Source: Intoshia linei (Eukaryota; Animalia; Orthonectida). Taken from it: 37,848 nucleotides of DNA. The DNA is taken from positions 1 through 37,848 of the forward strand of contig LWCA01000233.1 of the NCBI GenBank assembly GCA_001642005.1, in the 5' to 3' direction. Both the position numbers and the translations under genes were made by a program. Shown here piece after piece: positions 27,901-37,488 of the stretch (position 1 is the stretch's first letter; the number at the start of each line of letters is the position of its first letter). A model generated the notes under the pieces. That model was not told where the DNA came from, did not search any database, and saw nothing but the letters and a program-made list of their open reading frames with translations.

Positions 27901-30900
27901 CTTTTTATTTAATTATAATTTTCAATTTTTACAAAAAACTCTCCAGGGTTCAGGAATTTAATTTTGAAATTTAGGAAAATGAAAAAACTAAATAATTTGA
28001 CAAAAAATATAATGATAATCCTTATAATACACTATCTGAACACATTAAGTGACCCCCGTTAATCCATAGATTTAGTTTAGATACATAGATTAGACAATAG
28101 TTTAAAGTTTAGACTCTATGCTACCATGCCCGATGACCCTAAAATAATTTCGCAAAATATTTAGAAATGCCATATATCCTTAGCCACCTCTCAACGGATT
28201 TGGAATTGACTGTTAAAAGTTTAAACAGTTTAAATTTGATACATAAAATACTCATGAGTCATGAATCGTGACTCATGATATTCAAAAATATTTTTTTCAA
28301 CCTCAGTTTGGCTCTATTTTATAATAATCGTTTAATTTTAAAAGTATACCCAGTATTTTGTGTTTGTGATCAAAATATGGTCCAAGTAAGGTCTTGGCTT
28401 CAAATGCGTTAGTATTTATCCACATGTTCAATTCATTAATTTTATAAGGATTTCCAATAGATCCTCTTATATACCCACAAATGTAATTATCTGAAAATTC
28501 ACATTTAACTGAAGAATCTAAAATATATATTAAAATTTACAATCGTGCTACACCAAAGACTACTGTATACTTAAATATATGTTTATATATTATATTATGT
28601 ATATATATTATTATATGTTTAAGCTGTCCTTGGCTACACAAACATACAAAATTTTGGAAATTGAATGTGTAGTGCAGTAGTTCCCAAACTTTTTCCACCA
28701 TGGACCACTTGTCACAAAAAAAATGTATGTAGACCATATAATTTTTTTTAAAAAATCCCCCTAATCCTGAACACGTCACTTATGTAATATTTATAATTTT
28801 TTATTATATATTCCTCCATAAATCGAAAATTTTACATTAATTTTGACATGGTAGCTTCAATGGCATCATTAAAAAAATTATTAATTTGAAACATAATTAT
28901 GGCGAACTACCAGTGTTGAACCTACCGTACCGAGATCCTTCTACCGATGGATCTCAGTGAAATTTTTTTTAAATGGGGTTTTAATTTACCAAATTGAGCA
29001 TTAAAAAATTCTTGAATATTAACTAGTTTGTGTGTTAAATTTAAAATGTCAACTCATTAGTTTTAGAGAGGGGGTAGGGTTATATGACATTATAATTCGT
29101 TTTATAACAAATTTTTTTATAGGCCACGAGAATGCTAGGTTCGGTTCTAGGAACTACTCTATAACTAAGTTAAATCGTTCATAGATTAAATTTAACGCAC
29201 GTCAAAATTATTCATGTTATGCAGTAAATTTTCACATACATACAACATTTATACGTTCACTAATAATAATAATAAATGATCGATAATAAATAATATTATA
29301 ATCTCTTATTACTGTTAAAAAAAGGTTATGTTCATTTTATTTAAAATTTTTCTTGTCAACCACTTTGAGAACCACTGGCCTAGTGTGTGCTACCGTTTAA
29401 TTAAAGATTAAGAGTCCTATGATTTAAAACACCAACGTTTTAATACAGTTATTAAAGAGTGATACAGCATCGCAAATTTAATTCTCAGAAATTGAGTTCA
29501 ATTCTTCAGAGACAAAACCACCATTTTTTGAAAAATAAAAAATCTAGGGGTCGTATATATTATTGAATTATCATAACTAATATATAATTTGCAGTTAATA
29601 TATCGGACAAACTCCAATATAAAAACGTAACACCTTCACTAATAAAAAATCACTTTAAAATTCGATTTCCTTTATTTGGTAACTATTTTATTCCAAAAAA
29701 ATATTATTCTTATACAGTTTATTGCAGTTCTATCTATTACATCTAGAAAAAAAATGTGAACCCCAGAATTCTTCATATTCTATGTCAAAAATTACTTTTA
29801 TTATTTTATCAGCCTATATTTTTAAAATTTTATGTAACAAAAATATATATGAAAATAACCAACATTTATCTTTTTTTAGTTTTTAAAAAATGAGAATTGA
29901 ACGTGTATCATTTTAGTTGGGTTTCAGTTTCATAATTTTTTCAGTTTTTATATTATTCCTTTGCAATGTATGAGATTCAAAAAGTTTCAAAGTTTATTAT
30001 TATAATAATTAATAATTTTTAAATTTATTTTTATTATGGTAAGATTTTTTCACTCAATTTTTTTCAAATTGACTAAATCCTTTAATTATTGATATAAAAT
30101 ATTTTTTACTTATAAACAGAAAATATAATATAATAATTTGATACTGAATATTTTTTATCACATGCTAATCGGGAAGCCAGAATATGTACGACGGTACCTA
30201 CATTCAATAAGGTATTTACAATTTAATTTTTTTGTCAATCGGTTTAAAAATTACCAAAATTAGACCTTGAAAGTCATGTAAAATACATCATACAATATAT
30301 GCTCCAAAATTAATGCATATTAAATGTTAAAATGTTAAAATTTGATCAATTACTACAATTTAGTTCATCAAACTGGTCTCCACAATCATCATATCCATTG
30401 CAAATTAAATTTTTTGAAATGCACTTTCCCGATTTGCACTTATACTCGTTATTTGTACAGGCTAAAATAATTTTAGAATAAATTAAAATTTCTTTTTTGT
30501 GTACATGAATATGAAATCATCAGAAAGTTACAAATATTTTACAGTTATGTATTATCTTCATAGTTTAAAACCCTAAGCAGTGTTCCTAACTAAGATTTCT
30601 GCAAGAAATAAAAAAAATCACGAAAATCTCCATGAGATCTGTATATTTAATTTTAAAAATTATACTTAGATGTTCATAGTGGGTGACGTACCTACTAGGT
30701 ACTAAGTTAGTACTACTAACTAGTATTTTCAACGTTTTATTCCAACTCACAACTCATTTATCTCAACATATAATATTTTTTCATGAACCCAAAATATACA
30801 TGAAACCTTATGGCTCGATATGGAACATTTCGTGGCCTCAACTTGGTTTTTTCTTACTTGGTTGAATAGGTTATTTCAATAAAACTGAGAAAAATTCACT

Positions 30901-33900
30901 CATTAAGAGGTAATTAGTGAATAAACAAGATAGAAATATGTATTAATTAAATATCTATGAAAATAACCAATTTATTTTATAATTTTAAAAAATGAGAATT
31001 AAACGTGTACATTATTATTATATATATTAAATTGTATGCACTTTTAAAAATATTATTTATTTAGAATCTACGAAGGACGGTTTAACCGTATTAAAACTAA
31101 CTTACAAAAAAATGAATTACATAATATGTATTATTAATATACTTAATATAATAATATACATAGAATATGTATTATGTATTCATATTATTAAAAATTGCGC
31201 ATCATTTATAACTTATTTTTTAATATCCTAACAGTCAAATCCAACTCCATGTAGAGGTAGTTTAGCGGTCAAGAGGAACCTACCCAGCTCGAGACACAGA
31301 AAATTAAAAATAAGCTATAAAAAATTAACCAACGATTGTAAAAAAAACCAAAAAAATAGTTTTGATTTTCAAAAGTATAATTTTTTTTAAATACTCAATT
31401 TGTCAAAGTGGAAACCCGTTTTACAAAAATTTCGTCGAGTTGCCGAAGGGTACGTTATGTCGACTAAGGTATGCAAGGCACTGTTTATAACGTATCGTTA
31501 GTTAAAATTTTACTATAGGCCAATTTTAGATTTTAGGCAGGCATCAATCATTCAGTAAATAGGTTCGGCTATAGATACACATTTTGCTGTTATGAATCAA
31601 TTCATGAATTTCACATTACAATATAAGTTAAATTACCACAATAAGGAATATCACATTTTTCTGTATGGAGATGACCATGAATTTCTACAAAACAAAATGG
31701 ATTTTTATAAAATTCAATTATTCTTTTTTCGTTTCTGCAAAAATTTTGATGCTTAGAAAAATCCAAATGACGCAAGTGTTTAAAATTTTGAAATTTTCGG
31801 ATAACAGAATCCCAATATAAACAGTTATTGTTGTTTTGAGACACATTTACTTTACCGGCAAAATGATTTCCTCCATGTGTAGTTTTGCAGTTTCTGTCTA
31901 ATAATAATTATAAGTTTATAAGGTACTCTTAATAATTATCAGTCTATATAATTAGTAGCTTCTCTGTTGTGTACTATGTATAAATAATTAAATTTAACGA
32001 AAGCGGCATCTTTATGGTATCTTTTTTTAAATTAAATTGAAGCTCCATCTTTTGAATATAAAAAGTAGTGGAATGCATATTACTGTGTTCTGCAACACGA
32101 TCCATAGGACGAACTTTAAATTTTTACCAGTAAATACCTTTTTTGAATGTGAAGAACTTTGTATTATTGAAATTTTTTAAGTATCCAAAAATTATTTTTT
32201 TTTATATTATTTCTGAAAAAGGCTGTGACTATTATATGGGACTGTTAGTTTTTCGATTTTTAAAAATAATGGATAAATTGAGTTTTTTTGCTTTTGGTCA
32301 TTATGGTGAATGTTATTAAGATTAAAAGTTATGATTATGTTCATGATTTTAAAATCTGTATCAGAATTTATATTTTTTTAAATTCCAGAACTCTTTGTTT
32401 TTTTAAAAAAATAATAACTTTTAGTTTTAAATTTGGTCTTAGAACGATTGTAGTGCTGATATATTTTTAGCTAAATAGTTCTAGGCTTAATAAACTTCTA
32501 TAAATGTAGAAATAATAAAATTACAAAAATTTTCACACTTATTCACCTTGATATCATCAATGATTACTGCTGATGTAACATTGTTGGGTCTAATTGATTC
32601 TATAATAAGAGTATAATATCCATATTTCAACTTTATCATGACATGTTTCCATTTATAATAAAAAAAGTGTTCATTTTTTTCAATAAAAACTTGGTGAATA
32701 ATTTCTTCAGACATGTCTTCCTTCTTAAAAATTATATTTAAGCGAGTTGTTATATTTTCTATATTTTTAACAAACATTTCAAAACAAGTATTGTTGAAAA
32801 ACATGAAATCAGAGTATATTCTTGCTTTATATGACGAATCTCCATTCAACATTGGCAGTAGAATATAATGCCCTTCGTTTGACTCAAAGGTATGATCGGT
32901 TGATTTGATCATATAATTAATGGAAGATTTACTACCGGCTTTAACAATATAAAAGGTATCCTTAAATTTTATATTGGTGCTAATTTTAAATAGGCACGCT
33001 TTACCACCTGATTCAAAATCACAATATACGTTAGCTTCATTCCCAACCCTGCGACGGCGAAAATAATAAATAGAACTACAATTTCTATTAAATGTTGCAG
33101 AATTCACACTCCGAGATACGTAAACGTCGCTGAATTTGGTACTTTTAACCGTTATTGAACTTAATAGACAACTTTTTTCCTTTTCGTCATAAAAAAATGA
33201 TGAGCACTTGTATTTATGTTCCATTGAACATAATATTTTACACATTAGTACTGGAACTATTTTGTACTTTACGTTCCAATTTATTGATATGTATTCATTA
33301 TAATTTTCTGGGCAAACGTTTTTAAATCGGAAATAGTCCATTACACAGTCTTTTCCTAGAAAATTAAATTTTATTTTTTAATTTTTATTTAAATCTGAAA
33401 TCCAATGTTAGATTAAATTACCCAGTTTTTCAATGTCAGTGTCGTTTATGTAATATTTATGTAATGAATCATATAAATTCATTTCAAACAATTTTGTAAG
33501 TCTGAAATTTAATTTTAATTTAATTTAATGTTAATTAAACTTATTATAATGGATAAAATTATTCAAATTATAATCTGCGTTACAGGGTGGATGGGCGGTT
33601 CTAAAACCTGCACTAAGTACAAAGTTGTTTTTCTGAGACAAATCCGAACTTACTATGCTCGACGCCAGAAAATAAAAAATAGACCTTAAAAAAGTGAAAA
33701 AAAGTTTTAACTTTAAAAAAAATCTGAAAAATTAACCATAATAGAAACGTACATGATCGATGTAAACACGATCACCAAATTATAAAAATAATATAACTTT
33801 TTATATCAAAAATTTTTTTGTTTTTATAATGTGGCTAGAGCCGTCTTAAGCCACTTCGTGGTTACTTCGTGGCTAGGCTAAGCAAAGGACCGGAGGCCCT

Positions 33901-34576
33901 TTAAAGTTTTGAGCAAAGCGATAAAAAAAATTTAGGGCCTTTTTTCAAAATTAATAAAAAAAATCAAAGATTTCCTACTTTCTGTTTTGAATATTCAGTT
34001 AATAGAAAGGTTTTAATATTTAATATTATATTTTAAAACAGTTTTTATGGCAAAATTATATTATGAACATTGTAGAATATATTTTAAATTGAATATTTAC
34101 CAGAACTTTGATTCTTTAAACTATTTTCTTTCTAGCTATTTGAGTTCCCAAACTTCAAAACTTATAAATTGTTTCTTAAGATATCAATATGAAGTATTTT
34201 TAATAAATTGGGGCCTCTTTTTAAGATATAAGTGTAAAGTACTTTTATTAATTTAGGAGCCTTTTTTAATGAGTGGCCCTGGGCTACAGCCCATATTGCC
34301 CATGCCTTAAAACGGCTCTGAATGTGGCCCACAATTTTTATCTGTATCAGGTCATAATAATATAAACAATTCTAACCTGTACATGTTGTGATTGCATATT
34401 GTGATTGACGGAAATTTTAGTTTGCTGGCATATGTCACTTCGACGTTAACTATTTTCGTATTTTCAAATAATTGTATTATTTTTGAAAACAACAAATATC
34501 CGAAAGTTAAAACAGCAAATATATTTACTAGACACCACAAACTCCTATAAATTAAATTACAAACATATATATACAT
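13327..34576 (-). CDS. Giant DEG/ENaC (ASIC-like) channel subunit with PAN-MAM-Kringle-LDLa-MAM-MAM/CUB-MAM modules inserted in the finger region and an expanded knuckle; ~2,010 aa
   Basis: Exons 5'->3': 34544-34377, 33501-33422, 33355-32525, 31897-31637, 30461-30354, 28517-28350, 27880-27509, 26613-26536, 25177-24942, 24706-24554, 24519-24345, 24291-23959, 23627-23505, 23288-22971, 22936-22904, 22225-22001, 21959-21896, 21721-21603, 18752-18670, 18533-18435, 17191-17041, 16838-16788, 16682-15721, 14293-13609, 13481-13327. All are GT-AG and phase-compatible with no stop. Channel motifs: TM1 + FPSITICNHN, CEWEG..C, TDMGLCYTFN, GSENGLYLILNVEQ, AGFK.HLH, PPYG.C Cys-rich thumb, NFVILNIFFGEL, SDIGGYMGLLLGGS. 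Channel identity is secure. A single transcript including the insert is inferred from splicing. Confidence 0.8.
17437..17552. mobile_element. Small pogo/Tc1-type MITE
   Basis: TA|CAGTTAATTCCTCGTTAAC ... GTTAACTGGAGATAACTG|TA, with an internal inverted repeat. The same terminus is inverted at 14731-14750. Confidence 0.7.
17924..18400. mobile_element. hAT (Charlie/Buster-like) MITE
   Basis: Perfect TIRs CAGGGGTTTCCAAA ... TTTGGAAACCCCTG. TSD GTATAAAT/TTATAAAT (7/8). Confidence 0.88.
19045..19548 (-). CDS. Hypothetical 167-aa intronless ORF with a hydrophobic segment, nested in a DEG/ENaC intron
   Basis: Stop-free 167 codons in very AT-rich DNA. An in-frame TAA lies two codons before the ATG. 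No family recognised. Confidence 0.45.
   Translation of the reverse strand: MSLYNFKILNINLAEYVKMFNEDLYEIRTLHIIEVTVDEYFQMVVSLLTYFLKYKYYDDTMMIMIITNLMDVYFSIVVILMFVSYLYKYGTMNILHFARQIFTITIYVKIKNTLVENMKTSNIIINNLIGEVVRFNLIPSVTENYERKNILVMNGNIFEFLHHVEII
20683..21036. mobile_element. hAT-type MITE
   Basis: TIRs CAGAGGTTCCCAA ... TTGGGTACCCCTG. TSD TACTACAA/TACTACAC (7/8). Confidence 0.75.
21054..21398. mobile_element. Second copy of the 33836-34320 hAT-type MITE
   Basis: Shares CCGGAGGCCCTTTAA and GTGGCCCTGGGCTACA..CCCATGCCTTAAAACGGCTCTG. TSD ATCATATG/ATCATACG (7/8). Confidence 0.85.
22971..23627 (-). CDS. Insert exons: fourth, divergent MAM domain
   Basis: CHFNNVDICDY...W (23627-23505) and SISSPLV...CLQLTY...LPIGYYRLRI...HPC (23288-22971). 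Confidence 0.7.
23959..25177 (-). CDS. Insert exons: MAM domain interrupted by a complete CUB domain
   Basis: MAM start CNFDGSMCGY..W, then CUB CDEIFTKSEGKIK|SYGFPNNYTNFLDC...FLEFDLE...CYDSLK|IYDG...LCG...FTSDFNVTRSGF, then MAM remainder YLISPYF...CFSF...W...VAISE...GYC. Confidence 0.8.
26648..27182. mobile_element. Tc1/mariner-type MITE with ~50-bp TIRs
   Basis: TGTGCACTGAGATACGAGCTATTGTGCAACTA...ACTAGT is inverted at ~27132-27176. TA lies on both flanks. Confidence 0.85.
27509..28517 (-). CDS. Insert exons: second MAM domain (two exons)
   Basis: 28517-28350: CEFSDNYICGY...W...GPYFDH. 27880-27509: GKFLMVNS...IMSP...LRFQLY...W..KCIDLPMGEYHVVYEG...DISFDSV...GIC. Confidence 0.85.
28675..29377. 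mobile_element. hAT-type MITE (older)
   Basis: TIRs CAGTAGTTCCCAAA ... TTTGAGAACCACTG. TSD GTGTAGTG/GCCTAGTG (6/8). Confidence 0.65.
30354..30461 (-). CDS. Insert exon: LDL-receptor class A repeat
   Basis: CTNNEYKCKSGKCISKNLICNGYDDCGDQFDELNC, with six Cys and an acidic DCxDxxDE tail; phase 1-1. Absent from the ORF track. Confidence 0.9.
31637..31897 (-). CDS. Insert exon: Kringle domain
   Basis: CKTTHGGNHFAGKVNVSQNNNNCLYW...NFCRN...PFCFV...CDIPYC, with six Cys in kringle spacing; phase 1-1. Confidence 0.88.
32525..33355 (-). CDS. Insert exon: PAN/Apple domain + MAM domain
   Basis: PAN: CKILCSMEHKYKCSSFFYDEKEKSCLLS...YYFRR. MAM: CDFESGGKAC...DHTFESNEGHYIL...ARIYS...CFEMF...WKHVMI...IIDDIKVNKC. 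Confidence 0.85.
33836..34320. mobile_element. hAT-type MITE with perfect 8-bp TSD
   Basis: TIRs (t)AGAGCCGTCTTAAG ... CTTAAAACGGCTCTG. AATGTGGC lies on both sides (33828-33835, 34321-34328). Confidence 0.9.
34377..34544 (-). CDS. DEG/ENaC exon: TM1 and FPxxTxCN palm motif
   Basis: SLWCLVNIFAVLTFGYLLFSKIIQLFENTKIVNVEVTYASKLKFPSITICNHNMYR, followed by a GT donor in phase 2. Confidence 0.9.
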
Positions 34577-35164
34577 TAGGGCTGTTCAAAAAAAAATCCA
34601 TGGTCACATCATATACTTCAAAGTGTGTAATAACGTATGTGCCTATTAAAAATGGTCAATTTTTTAAAAATGTGTGCCCTAAATCAATTTATATCTTCAA
34701 AAGTATATATAAAATGTAAAGTTTATTTTTAAATATTTCATCGATAACTAGCGTAACAATTCTATTTACATTTATTTATTTTATTTATTCGTTTATAAAA
34801 GTTTTATAATAATGAATAAGTTAAGTGATTTATCTCGATTGGCAACTGAAATTAATATATTAGAAAGATATGCATTTCTATTTCATACTACCAAGTCCAT
34901 TGATATTTTTATGGAAAAAATGTCGAATTAAAACAATTACAAAGAATTAAATAAAGCGTAGATTATTACAATTAATAACAAGAAAAAATCAAAACATAAG
35001 GCATGGCATACATAACAAATTTATAAAATTATTTGACATTTCTTGTGAACCTAAAATTTTTGAATTAATTTTGGACCAGCAATTTTACAATATATACGAA
35101 TATATATAATAATAACAATATATATATACGAACCTGTAACTAGTACTAACGATTTTACGAAATC

Positions 35165-35359
35165 ATGTATAAAAAAAAAAATGAAAAAGTGTACTGTTAC
35201 TGTAGAAATCCAGAAGGATATGACGATTTTATGGTCAAATATTATCAGTTCTTAGAGTGGTTCCACGGAAAATGTATTAATATGCCACAATCAAGAGTAA
35301 AATCTATGGATAGATTTTACTGTCTATATTGTAAAATAATCGCCCATAAGAATGATTAA
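35165..35359 (+). pseudogene. Degenerate PHD-finger ORF
   Basis: VYCYCRNP..DDFMV-(YYQFL)-EWFHGKCI...FYCLYC. This is the PHD pattern with the second CxxC pair lost. Confidence 0.65.
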
Positions 35360-35720
35360 ACCGATATGACTAATAAATGAATTACGTAATACGACAAGGA
35401 GTCTTGCAAGTGTAGCTATGGCTTCGCACACGATACATGAAAGAAACGAGAGAGAAAATAAAAGTATTAGAGAAAAAAGACCCCAGATAGATACAAAGAT
35501 TTTATTAGATATTGACAAGTCAAATGTATATTTGACTTGTGAAATTACGATCTATCTAAATTGTGTGTTATGTTTAGTTATCCGTGATAATATTTTGTTC
35601 GAATATTATTCAATAGCCATATTGGATTTTGTTGTTACGACAGTAAAATATTTAATGTGCAATAAACTTACGTTGAAAAAAAAAATTTTCTCGCGAAATA
35701 TTTTATATACATTATCATAA

Positions 35721-36367
35721 ATGTTTAGCCTGTTTAAAAATGATACAACAAGTGGTGGATCTATGGATCAATTAATGTTTCTGCAGAGCCAGTATAAAGA
35801 AGATGGTCTACGTCAGATTATAGAATCAGCCGAAATCTGGGCAGATATTGGTGCATTAGACGAAGAGGTATTAATTAAGTTATTATATTTGGTTCTGAAC
35901 GGTTACGACCTAAAAAAGTTCAAGACGGGTATAATTTCCAAAAATGTAACAACATTACGCGAAGCGAAAGACTTTATGTTAAATGAAGGAGAATTGATAT
36001 GTTAAAACCTTGTTACGACAGGTATAAGTCGCAAGTAATAAACGCCAAAAACGTACGACAGTCTTACGAGACAATGGTAGACAACCTTATGAAGCTAGAC
36101 GACAAAGTTAGCAGAGACTCGGCCGAAATTATTGCATATCAAGAACTATTAAGGCGACTCCCCCTAGAAGTTTGAGACAAAATACGTTTTGAAAAAGATA
36201 ATATCGACATAGCTACGGCTATGATGCGCTCACATGTCACGACACAGAATGATAGACCGGACATCTAAAAGAACGAATTACAACGCTGTTTCAAGTGTGG
36301 GCTACCGGGACACTGCGCGTCAACCTGCCGACGATCTGGAGGGGAAAGTGTAGCGCATAGGCGCTAA
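35721..36367 (+). mobile_element. Decayed retroelement gag-like gene with CCHC zinc knuckle
   Basis: ORF 35721-36005 continues after a frameshift and through two in-frame stops to CFKCGLPGHCASTC (36287-36328, CX2CX4HX4C). GC content is locally higher. Confidence 0.7.
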
Positions 36368-36620
36368 GAGATGGAGGAAAAGAGAAGATATATTTATTGT
36401 CAAACTTGTTTTTATCATTTTTGTTAATTAAATATTCAAAAGACGTTTTTACATTACAATATTTAACGTTTAATTTTAGTTTAACATCAAAAATATTATA
36501 TACAAAACCGATGACTAAAAATAATAACTTAAATATTTTACACTGAATGTTGATAAGAATTATAACTATAAAAATGTTGACAGTAAGATTAACATTTAAT
36601 TTTTATTAATTAATTTGCAT

Positions 36621-37240
36621 TTAAGACCATAAGTTATTATAATCTGATTTCATTTCGTGTTTTTGGGTATATGCGATTAGTTTATCTACAGAACTTAGTA
36701 TATCTTGCCTCTCATCCTCGGATATGAATGGTTCAGCATCGTCCGTATATAAAATTTGAGAATCATTCATAAGTTCAGAATCATCAACGTCCATAGACCG
36801 TTCTTCCCAACTAATAATAATGATTTTTAATAAACGATCTTTTGAGCTTTTATATCTGGGTATAGATTTTTCTGATGCATGAGCCAACGTAAATTTCGGA
36901 GATTTTTTGTAAAATACTGCTGACTCGTTTGCATTTTAAATTTGTTCCATAGAATAATTTTTTTCTGCGATTATATTATTAAACTTTTCAATGAAGCCAG
37001 CAACACATTCACTATCAGCGGACAAACGTTCACCTGTCATTTTATAGGTCGAAATTGAAAATCTTTTCTTAAATTTTGACAACCAACGGTATGATTTACC
37101 ATCTCCAATTTCGGATATAATTTTTATTTTAGTAAATAAATTTATAACAATTCTTCGTTTGATGCACATAATGAAAATGAAAATAAGCAGACTTTGAGTG
37201 ATAATTTAATTTATTTTAATTTGGCGCAATTATTTCACTC
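36621..37240 (-). mobile_element. Tigger/pogo (CENP-B/jerky-type) transposase remnant, internally deleted
   Basis: WLSKFKKRF..GERLSAD..F..F..II...YSMEQI*NANESAVFYK..P..TLA...EK...YKSSKDRL matches the pogo/Tigger N.DETGLF..K.SKDR region, with a stop and NANE in place of NADE. A TA-flanked CAGTAG end lies near 37236. Confidence 0.85.
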
Positions 37241-37488
37241 AGCAATAATTTCAAAATTGATGTTTTATTACTGTATTTAATAACGAGAAACTACTGTAAT
37301 AAGTAAGAGGATTTTAAATTTATAAAATTATATTTACAGTTTTCGAGAGTGTTGTTTTATCGTAAATTTAATTTTCAAAAATTGACTTCTTTAAGGTAAA
37401 AAACATAATTGTCCTTTTTTTTAAATTCAATCCGTTTTAGAATTATAAAAAATTTCAAAGTCAAACAAAACTTACAACATTATCAACT

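Noticed and set aside
22000-33355. Module exons as an independent nested gene (e.g. GPCR or protease ectodomain)
   Set aside because: No separate signal peptide, TM, LRR, 7TM or protease domain was found, and both ends join channel exons in frame through short introns. Disfavoured rather than excluded.
35400-35650. LTR for the gag remnant
   Set aside because: No second copy in the window and no convincing primer-binding site.
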